Assembly (NCBI GenBank): GCA_964432085.1
Contig: CAYSME010000001.1
Coordinates: forward strand, 1-48,026
Direction: 5' to 3'
Length of the DNA stretch: 48,026 nucleotides
Source of the DNA: an uncultured Gammaproteobacteria bacterium
GTDB taxonomy: Bacteria > Patescibacteriota > Microgenomatia > UBA12405
The notes under the pieces are model-generated. The model did not search any database, was not told the origin of the DNA, and saw only the letters and a list, made by a program, of their open reading frames with translations. A program made the position numbers and the translations under genes. Below are positions 27,975 to 35,245 of the stretch, one piece after another. Positions within the stretch are counted from its first letter, which is position 1. Every line of letters starts with the position of its first letter.

Positions 27975-29276
27975 ATGGTTCAAAAAATAAAAAACGTCCT
28001 ATTTCACCTACCAAAAAGTTATTTTTACAATTTCAGATACGGTTTTCCCACCAGAAAATTAACTCTTATTGGTATTACTGGAACAGACGGTAAAACCACC
28101 ACTTGTACCCTAATTAACGAAATATTAAAACAATCCGGATTAAAAACTGGGTTAATCACTACCATTGGTGCCAAAATTGGCGACAAAGAAATCGATACAG
28201 GATTTCATACCACCTCTCCTGATCCAGCTCTTCTTCAAAAAGTTTTTACCGATATGGTCAAAGAGGGTATAACCCATGTTGTTTGCGAGGCCACTTCACA
28301 TGCCTTAGACCAATACCGTTTTGGCGGCTGTAAGTTTGAAATTTCTGGTATTACCAACACTTCCCACGAACATTTAGATTACCATAAAACAATGGAATCA
28401 TACATCAAAACTAAACTAAGATTATTTTTAATGTCTAAAAATGCTGTTTTAAATAAAGACGATCAATCATTTGAAACCATCAAAAAACAAATTAAAATTC
28501 CTTTTAAAACTTTTAGTATTCAAAAAACTTCAGACTATCAGGCCCAAAAAATTAAACTGGAAGCAGACACTTTAAGTTTTCATGTTAACGGTCAAAAATT
28601 CATCACCGATAGTAGTTATGAATACCAGGTTTATAACATTTTGTTAGCTACCGCCATTTGTTATAAATTAGGGGTTAAATCTGAAACAATTCAGCAAGTG
28701 ATCAAACATTTTCCAGAGGCCAAAGGTCGAAGAGAAGAATTACAAAATGATCTTAAATTTAAAACTATTATTGATTTTGCCCACACTCCAAATGCCTTAG
28801 AAGCATCTCTTTCGTCACTCAAGAAAAATAATAAAGGAAATCTTATTACTATTTTTGGTGCCACTGGTGGTCGTGATCAAACCAAAAGGCCAATGATGGG
28901 AGAAGTTGTTTCCAAATTTTCCAACATCGCACTAATTACTGCTGACGATACCAGAAATGAAAAAGTTGAATTCATTAATAAACAAATTATCAGTGGAATT
29001 GATTCCAAAAAATCAGAATTAATTGATTATCAAGAAATTAAAACTAAAAAACAAATATTAACAGTACTTGAAACTGCCAAGAAAAAATTTGTTTACTTTA
29101 ATATCCCTAACCGTCAAGACGCTTTTAATTTGGCCATAAAGTTGGCTCAACCAAACGATGTTGTTATTGCTTGTGGTAAAGGTCATGAAACCACTATTCT
29201 TCATGGTAAAACCGAATATCCCTGGTCCGAAGCTGAAGCTTTCAGAACTGCTTTCAGATTACGAAAAATAAAATAA
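27975..29276 (+). CDS. murE: Mur ligase, MurE-like (UDP-MurNAc-L-Ala-D-Glu: diamino acid ligase), short N-terminus
   Basis: GITGTDGKTTT, HTTSPDP, EATSHALDQYR and NTSHEHLDYH. DDTR stands at the position of the DNPR specificity motif. Confidence 0.8.
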   Translation: MVQKIKNVLFHLPKSYFYNFRYGFPTRKLTLIGITGTDGKTTTCTLINEILKQSGLKTGLITTIGAKIGDKEIDTGFHTTSPDPALLQKVFTDMVKEGITHVVCEATSHALDQYRFGGCKFEISGITNTSHEHLDYHKTMESYIKTKLRLFLMSKNAVLNKDDQSFETIKKQIKIPFKTFSIQKTSDYQAQKIKLEADTLSFHVNGQKFITDSSYEYQVYNILLATAICYKLGVKSETIQQVIKHFPEAKGRREELQNDLKFKTIIDFAHTPNALEASLSSLKKNNKGNLITIFGATGGRDQTKRPMMGEVVSKFSNIALITADDTRNEKVEFINKQIISGIDSKKSELIDYQEIKTKKQILTVLETAKKKFVYFNIPNRQDAFNLAIKLAQPNDVVIACGKGHETTILHGKTEYPWSEAEAFRTAFRLRKIK

Positions 29277-29277
29277 T

Positions 29278-29868
29278 ATGCCCCAATTTAATTTGAAAAA
29301 TACCAATAGTATCGATGAAAATTATAAAAACGGTTTACTCCCTCAAAGAAATAATAAAGATTTATTTTATTTTCAAACAAGCAGTAGATCAGATCTGACT
29401 AATTTCAATTTAAGTTCCGAAAATCGCCGAATTTTAAAAAAAACTCAAGATTTTACTTTTGAAAAAATACTTCTAAAAGATTTTAGTTACGATTTTAAAG
29501 TCCAAAAAGAAATATCAAACTGGGTAAAAGAACTTGGATGGGATTTCCCCGTAAGTTCAATAAAGAATATTTTCAAAAATCATATTTTTAATTATCTATA
29601 TATATGGAAAAATCAATCAAATAATATAGTTGCCTATTCCATTTGTTATTTTTCAAAAGATATTAGTCATATTGCCTATGTTTTTTATAACCCAAAATTA
29701 ACTCATGGAAATTTACCTATTCGTCTAGTTCTTCAAGTTATTATTGACAGCCATGAATTAAATCTTAAATATTGTTATCTTGGTCGTTTTTCCCAAGATT
29801 CAGGTTTTTACAAACGCAACATGCCCGGTTTTGAATATTTCAAAGAAAATAATTGGGTTAATTTTTAA
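29278..29868 (+). CDS. ATE_C/Bpt-like putative aminoacyl-tRNA-dependent transferase (GNAT/Fem fold), C-terminal domain only
   Basis: SSENRRILKKTQ, AYVFYNP ... G and YCYLGRFSQDSGFYKRNMPGFEYF ... NW parallel the bacterial Bpt/ATE_C blocks SxxQKRxL, FYTFFDP and YLGYxI...MxYKxxFxxxE. The Cys-rich ATE_N domain is absent. Confidence 0.5.
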   Translation: MPQFNLKNTNSIDENYKNGLLPQRNNKDLFYFQTSSRSDLTNFNLSSENRRILKKTQDFTFEKILLKDFSYDFKVQKEISNWVKELGWDFPVSSIKNIFKNHIFNYLYIWKNQSNNIVAYSICYFSKDISHIAYVFYNPKLTHGNLPIRLVLQVIIDSHELNLKYCYLGRFSQDSGFYKRNMPGFEYFKENNWVNF

Positions 29869-29906
29869 TAAATAAATTTTATTCATAAATCTTAATACAT
29901 AAATCT

Positions 29907-31280
29907 ATGCATATACATATACTAGGCATCGCTGGCACTATGACTGCCTCCTTAGCCATTGCCCTCAGAAAAGAAGGCCACACGGTTACCGGATCTGATC
30001 AGGAAAAAATTTATCCTCCCATCAGCACTATTCTTAAAAAGGCCAAAATTGAAATCAACAATACTAAAATCGATAAAACTATTGATTTAGCTATAGTTGG
30101 AGGGTCATTCTCTAATTTTCAAAAAACTAAAGAAGAATTTGAACAAATCAAAAAACTAAAAATCAAATATATTTCTGCCAGTGAATTTATAGCCCAAAAA
30201 CTAATCCAAGAAAATTCAATTCTAATTGCCGGAACTTATGGTAAAACCACTATTACTTCATTGATCGCCTGGATTTTTGATCAAGCCAAATTAAACCCTA
30301 ACTATATGTTTGGCGGCAAATCTGTAAACTATTTTCCATCAATTAATATTTCCCCATCAAATTGGTCCATCATTGAAGCAGATGAATCTATTCATGGTCT
30401 CGACACTCAAGCTAAATTTTTATATTACCCTGTCAAATTTTTATTACTCACTAGTGCCGATTGGGAACATAAAGACTCCTATTCGTCCGAAATTGAAAAC
30501 TTCAACGCCTTTAAAAAACTTGTCTTAAATGTTCCCAAAGAAGGTATTCTATTTATAAATTCTCAAGGCCATCAAACCAAAGAATTAAGTCTTTATTCAA
30601 AAGCCAAAATAATTAATTACAATTCACCAGATTCCAATTATTCCATCCAAAAAACAAAAATTAAAAAAAACCACACTATTTTGTTTATTAAAACACCCAG
30701 AAATATTCTTAAAATAAAAACTCAACTAATTGGTCAATTTAATTTTGAAAATATTTTAGCTTCCATCGCTGTTACAGATAGTTTAAAAATTCCTCAAACC
30801 AAAATTAAACAAGCCATTTTAAAATTTAAAGGTGTTAATCGTCGTCTTGAAAAAATTTATGATCAAAAAAAGATAATTATTTTTGATGATTTTGCCCAAT
30901 CACCCAACAGAATTCAATCTACTATAGAAGCAATTAAAATGCATTATCCTAAAAATAATATTAAAATTCTATATCATCCCCACGCTTCCTTTATTCAGCA
31001 CCAAGAAATTCTAAAAGAATTTAAAAATGTTTTTGATCTGGCTTCCGAAGTTGTTTTATCAAAATTGATATTTAGTAAAAATATTGATAAAAATAAACGC
31101 GTTACCGCCAAAGATTTTAAAGAAGCTATTGGTGATAAATTAATTTATCTTCCAATAGAAGAAGATATTTGTTCTTTTTATAAAAAAAACCTAAAAAAAG
31201 GTGACATCTTAATAAATATGAGTTCTGGTGGATACAGTGGAAATAAAATTATCAAATCTGTTATTAATTCTATAAAATAA
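29907..31280 (+). CDS. Mur ligase of the MurC/Mpl clade, Mpl-like by motif
   Basis: MHIHILGIAGTMTASLAIALRKEGHTVTGSDQEKIYPPISTILKK matches E. coli Mpl MRIHILGICGT ... GHEVTGSDANVYPPMSTLLEK. Further matches are GTYGKTT, IIEADE, FDDFAQSPN and C-terminal MSSGGYSG (Mpl has MSNGGFGG). Confidence 0.75.
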   Translation: MHIHILGIAGTMTASLAIALRKEGHTVTGSDQEKIYPPISTILKKAKIEINNTKIDKTIDLAIVGGSFSNFQKTKEEFEQIKKLKIKYISASEFIAQKLIQENSILIAGTYGKTTITSLIAWIFDQAKLNPNYMFGGKSVNYFPSINISPSNWSIIEADESIHGLDTQAKFLYYPVKFLLLTSADWEHKDSYSSEIENFNAFKKLVLNVPKEGILFINSQGHQTKELSLYSKAKIINYNSPDSNYSIQKTKIKKNHTILFIKTPRNILKIKTQLIGQFNFENILASIAVTDSLKIPQTKIKQAILKFKGVNRRLEKIYDQKKIIIFDDFAQSPNRIQSTIEAIKMHYPKNNIKILYHPHASFIQHQEILKEFKNVFDLASEVVLSKLIFSKNIDKNKRVTAKDFKEAIGDKLIYLPIEEDICSFYKKNLKKGDILINMSSGGYSGNKIIKSVINSIK

Positions 31281-31283
31281 ACT

Positions 31284-32612
31284 ATGTCTCGATATATCAT
31301 TGATGGCGGTAAGGCACTTAAAGGTGAAGTTTCAATTAGGGGAGCTAAAAATGCCAGCTTTAAACAAATAATTGCTTCCTTATTAACCGACCAAACTGTT
31401 ACCTTAAATAATGTTCCCCAAATTTCCGATGTAAAAATAACCCAAAGTATAGCCAAAAGTCTTGGATGTCAAATAATTCAATCTGGTGAACATTGCCTCC
31501 AGTTAATCACCAAAAAAATTACCAATTCTGTTGTTCCTGTTGGCACTGGCGAAAAATCTCGAACTTCTTTTATGTTCGCTGGTCCACTGCTTGCCCGAAC
31601 TGGCACTGCTATAGTTCCAATTCCAGGTGGAGATAAATTAGGTGATCGGCCTCTTGATCGTCTTTTTGATTGCTTTTCCAAAATGAATATTAAAGTTTCT
31701 AAAACTGATCACGATATTACCTTTAATACCGATAAAATTATAGGTACTCATTATACTTTTACCAAACCATCTCATACTGTCACTGAAGTCATTATTATGA
31801 CTGCAGTTTTAGCTCAAGGCGAAACCATTATTGACAATGCCGCTCTTGAACCAGAAATTGACGATTTAATCATGATGCTCAACCAAATGGGTTCCCAAAT
31901 AAAAAGAGATCCTGACAATAATAAAAGAATAATTATCCAAGGTGTTTCTAAATTGAATGGAACTATGCATGATGTCATTTGCGACCGTAATGAAATAGTC
32001 ACTTTTGCTTGCGCTGCCTTAGCCACCAAAGGTTCCGTTTCGATTTTAAGAGTCAATCCAAATATTGTTAAAAAATTTATCGATACTATCATTCAGATGG
32101 GAGCCAATGTTCGAATTGGTAATGATGAAATTTATATTGAATGGATTAAACCTTTATCTAGTATTAATATTGAAACCGGTCCAGAACCCGAATTTATGAC
32201 CGATTGGCAAGCTATTTTTTCTGTTCTATTAACCCAAACTGTCGGTTGCAACTCTATCAGCGAAAGAGTTTACCCTAACCGTTTTCAACATATTGAAAAC
32301 CTTAAAAAAATGGGTGCTAAAGTTAATTTTTTCAATCCAGAAATAGACGATCCCGACAATTATTACCAATTCAACAAAGAAAGTGACGATCCAAAATATT
32401 TTCATGGTGTTAAAATTTACGGACCAACCAAATTAAAACCGGCTGATTTTATTATTAGTGATCTTCGTGCTGGGGCCTCTGCCACTGTTGCCGCTCTAAC
32501 CGCCTCAGGTAAATCAACCATTGAAGGCGTCGAATATATAGAAAGGGGATATGAAAAACTGGCTGAACGTCTTTGGTCTTTAGGTGCTAACATAGAATAT
32601 ATAAAAAAATAA
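31284..32612 (+). CDS. murA: UDP-N-acetylglucosamine 1-carboxyvinyltransferase
   Basis: IRGAKNA and an active-site loop PIPGGDKLGDRPLD, with Asp where E. coli has Cys115. The C-terminal LRAGASATVAAL also fits. Confidence 0.92.
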   Translation: MSRYIIDGGKALKGEVSIRGAKNASFKQIIASLLTDQTVTLNNVPQISDVKITQSIAKSLGCQIIQSGEHCLQLITKKITNSVVPVGTGEKSRTSFMFAGPLLARTGTAIVPIPGGDKLGDRPLDRLFDCFSKMNIKVSKTDHDITFNTDKIIGTHYTFTKPSHTVTEVIIMTAVLAQGETIIDNAALEPEIDDLIMMLNQMGSQIKRDPDNNKRIIIQGVSKLNGTMHDVICDRNEIVTFACAALATKGSVSILRVNPNIVKKFIDTIIQMGANVRIGNDEIYIEWIKPLSSINIETGPEPEFMTDWQAIFSVLLTQTVGCNSISERVYPNRFQHIENLKKMGAKVNFFNPEIDDPDNYYQFNKESDDPKYFHGVKIYGPTKLKPADFIISDLRAGASATVAALTASGKSTIEGVEYIERGYEKLAERLWSLGANIEYIKK

Positions 32613-32616
32613 TTTT

Positions 32617-33651
32617 ATGATGCATTTATACCTAGGCCTCTTGCTCTTCTCTTTCTTAATTACCAGCATATTAGTCGTCCCTTTTATCAACCTTCTTTAC
32701 AGACTAAAATTTCAGCGACGAGTTCAAAAAACCACCGATTTTCAAAATAAAAGAGCTGCTATTTTTGATAAATTTCACAATCAAAAATCAGGCACACCAG
32801 TTGGTGGTGGCTTATTGATCATAACTTCAATTTGTATAATGTTCACCTTTTTATTCCCCATCCTTAAATTTTCTCGAATTTTCATTTCATCAAACTATGC
32901 CATTAATGCCGAAATTATTATTATCTTTTTTACTTTTATTAGTTTTGGACTGCTTGGACTTTATGATGATGTTATGAAATTTTTTGGTTTCAAAAAAACC
33001 GGATTTTTCGGATTAAAAATGTCTTATAAATTTATTTTGCAAATAATAATTTCTTTGATAATTTCATTAATGATTTATCTTCAGCTAAGAATTGATTTTA
33101 TCTACATTCCGTTTTTAGGAGCAGTTAAATTAGGTTGGTTTTTTATTCCTATTTCTGTCATTTTTATCACCGGTTTTGCTAATTTTTTCAACATCACCGA
33201 TGGTTTAGATGGCCTATCTTGTGGACTTTTAACAATTGCTCTTTTTGCTTTCTGGATTTTAGCCAGTACCTCGTTGGATACCATTCTTTCTTCATTCATT
33301 GCTCTTTGGATTGGCGCTTTAATTGCTTTTCTTTATTTTAACGTTTATCCTGCCAGAATCTGGCTCGGAGACGTTGGATCTTTATCATTTGGAGCTACCA
33401 TCGCCGTTATCGCTTTACTTTTAGGTAAAGTGGTTCCATTGGTTATTGTTGGATTTCCTTTCATAGTCGAGGGTATGTCCAGTGCTATTCAATTGCTTAG
33501 TAAAAAATATTTTAAAAAGAAACTTTTTCCAGCTGCTCCAATCCATTTAACTTTGCAAAATATCGGTTGGGAAGAGCCCAAAATTGTCTTTAGGGCTTGG
33601 TTAGCCGGGATTATATTAGCAATATTTGGACTATGGTTAGGACTAAATTAG
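32617..33651 (+). CDS. mraY: phospho-N-acetylmuramoyl-pentapeptide transferase
   Basis: GTPVGGG, NITDGLDGLS, GDVGSLSFGA and PIHLTLQ; polytopic. Confidence 0.92.
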   Translation: MMHLYLGLLLFSFLITSILVVPFINLLYRLKFQRRVQKTTDFQNKRAAIFDKFHNQKSGTPVGGGLLIITSICIMFTFLFPILKFSRIFISSNYAINAEIIIIFFTFISFGLLGLYDDVMKFFGFKKTGFFGLKMSYKFILQIIISLIISLMIYLQLRIDFIYIPFLGAVKLGWFFIPISVIFITGFANFFNITDGLDGLSCGLLTIALFAFWILASTSLDTILSSFIALWIGALIAFLYFNVYPARIWLGDVGSLSFGATIAVIALLLGKVVPLVIVGFPFIVEGMSSAIQLLSKKYFKKKLFPAAPIHLTLQNIGWEEPKIVFRAWLAGIILAIFGLWLGLN

Positions 33652-34175
33652 AACTACAACAAGAAATAGAAAAATATATCGGTCTGCCTTATAGCAAGAA
33701 TATTATTAAAGACGGAAAAATTACCAAAGAACAAGTTTTGGGAGGTAAAGGTAATTGTCTTCAACTCGCCACTGAAACTATTAGATTAGCTCAAAAACAA
33801 AATATTGATTTAACTAAATTAAATAATCAGAAATTCTACAATTTTCAAAAAAGAAATCATATTGGCATTGATTGTTCAGGTTTGGTTTCCAATTTACTAA
33901 ACTTTTATTTCGGAACAGATTTAAATCCAAGAAAAACCTCTGCTGATATGTTGACCTCATCTCCGCTTTCTAAAGAAATAAAACCAAGTGAAATTAAAAC
34001 TGGTGATTTGATTCGTCAAAAAAACGGCAACCATATTTTATTTATCATTGAAAAACAAGGCGATAAAATCATTTACGTCGACAGTTCTCGTGAAGGCAGG
34101 GGAGTAAAGTTTGGAAAAGTCGACATTACCGATAAAAATTTTCAACACCAAGGATTTTTTCGATTAACAATCTAA
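33633..34175 (+). CDS. NlpC/P60 (C40)-like cysteine peptidase without signal peptide
   Basis: IGIDCSGLVSNLL (catalytic Cys context) and GDLI ... NGNHILFII (His context). The start was set to ATG 33633, which overlaps the mraY end by 19 nt. There is no N-terminal hydrophobic segment. Confidence 0.5.
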   Translation: MVRTKLELQQEIEKYIGLPYSKNIIKDGKITKEQVLGGKGNCLQLATETIRLAQKQNIDLTKLNNQKFYNFQKRNHIGIDCSGLVSNLLNFYFGTDLNPRKTSADMLTSSPLSKEIKPSEIKTGDLIRQKNGNHILFIIEKQGDKIIYVDSSREGRGVKFGKVDITDKNFQHQGFFRLTI

Positions 34176-34180
34176 ACTAT

Positions 34181-34208
34181 GTAGAGACGTTGTACACAAC
34201 GTCTCTAC
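34181..34208. terminator. perfect GC-containing palindrome between convergent genes (possible bidirectional terminator / dispersed hairpin element)
   Basis: GTAGAGACGTTGT-ac-ACAACGTCTCTAC has 13-nt arms. There is no adjacent U/A tract on either side. Confidence 0.45.
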
Positions 34209-34225
34209 TCTCTGTATCAATAAAA

Positions 34226-34384
34226 TTACTTTTCTTCAATTAATTCTCGGTATTTCAATGGATTTAAAGATAAAATTTCCACTTCAGTCCCACATTCACC
34301 ACATTCAATAATATCTCCCACCATTGTATTCTCGGTTATTTCAATTTCTTTTTGACAATCCGGACAGATAATTTTTTCGTTCAT
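34226..34384 (-). CDS. LysW-like zinc-ribbon small protein (52 aa), not in the ORF track
   Basis: MNEKIICPDCQKEIEITENTMVGDIIECGECGTEVEILSLNPLKYRELIEEK. The CPxC-x17-CxxC layout and the GD(I)IxCxxCGxEVEI ... L.P.L pattern match LysW/ArgW carrier proteins, but the C-terminal EDWGE tail is absent. Confidence 0.55.
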   Translation of the reverse strand: MNEKIICPDCQKEIEITENTMVGDIIECGECGTEVEILSLNPLKYRELIEEK

Positions 34385-34395
34385 ATTTTAATAAA

Positions 34396-34401
34396 ATTAT
34401 A
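34396..34401 (-). promoter_or_regulatory. -10 box (TATAAT on minus strand), 11 nt upstream of the LysW-like ATG
   Basis: Plus-strand attata at 34396-34401. It mirrors the plus-strand TATAAT at 34407-34412. Confidence 0.4.
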
Positions 34402-34406
34402 AATAG

Positions 34407-34412
34407 TATAAT
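34407..34412 (+). promoter_or_regulatory. -10 box TATAAT, 11 nt upstream of the PLP-enzyme ATG
   Basis: Exact TATAAT with no SD between it and the ATG at 34424. Confidence 0.4.
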
Positions 34413-34423
34413 TAATCTATTAT

Positions 34424-35245
34424 ATGTCAAACACACCTTTAATCAAATTAGAAAATGTCTATTTCAAACGGGAAGATTTAAATGAAACTGGCTCAGCCAA
34501 AGACCGGGCTATGATTTTTCAAATTGAAAACCTAAAAAAACAAGGTTTTAAATCGGCCGTGATCTCCAGTACTGGTAATGCTGCTATCTCTGCTGCTCAT
34601 TTTTGCCATATCAACAAAATTGATTTAACTATTTTTGTTTCCCCAAAAATCAATAAAAATAAATTTGACTTACTTAAGCAAGGAGGCGGTCAAATTTTTA
34701 TTTCTAATCAGCCAATTAGTGAATCAATTAAGTTTGCTAAAAAAAATCATGCTTATCTTCTTCGTCAATCCACCGACCCCAGCGCTTTGATTGGATACCA
34801 AGAAATTGGCAAGGAATTAATGGATCAATTACCTCAAATTACCAGTGTTTTTATCCCTGTTGGCAGCGGCACAACTCTTTTGGGTATTTCTAAAAGTTTA
34901 AAACCATCAGTTAAAATCTATGCCGTCCAACCGGCTAACAATTGTCCATTATCTAAAATTTTTGACTCAAATTATCAGCCAGAAACAGAGATTATCACAG
35001 ATGCTCTCTCGGCTAAATATCTTCCTTTAAAATCTCAAATCATTACCGCTATCAAAAATAGTAACGGTTCCGGACTAGTCGTTCAAAATAATGAAATCAT
35101 GGATGCCCAAATAAAATTGTCTTCAGATCAAATAAAAACTTCTTTTGAAGGTGCTATGGCCTTCGCCGGCCTTAAAAAAGCAATTAAAAACAACCTGGAA
35201 ATAGGCGATTATCCAGTTATAGTTTTAACCGGATGTCAAAGATAA
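34424..35245 (+). CDS. fold-type II PLP-dependent enzyme, threonine-synthase-like (short, 273 aa)
   Basis: TPLIKLENVYFKREDLNETGSAKDRA (PLP-lysine context as in TGSFKDRG), SSTGNAAISAAHFC, STDPSALIGYQEIGKEL and IPVGSGTTLLG. Confidence 0.7.
   Translation: MSNTPLIKLENVYFKREDLNETGSAKDRAMIFQIENLKKQGFKSAVISSTGNAAISAAHFCHINKIDLTIFVSPKINKNKFDLLKQGGGQIFISNQPISESIKFAKKNHAYLLRQSTDPSALIGYQEIGKELMDQLPQITSVFIPVGSGTTLLGISKSLKPSVKIYAVQPANNCPLSKIFDSNYQPETEIITDALSAKYLPLKSQIITAIKNSNGSGLVVQNNEIMDAQIKLSSDQIKTSFEGAMAFAGLKKAIKNNLEIGDYPVIVLTGCQR

Noticed and set aside
33597-33632. Longer track starts for three genes: 33597 for the NlpC/P60-like gene, 10679 for the membrane protein and 45091 (TTG) for rodA.
   Set aside because: Each would create long overlaps with the upstream gene. 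Internal ATGs at 33633, 10706 and 45106 give shorter overlaps and sensible N-termini. The choice remains uncertain without homolog alignments.
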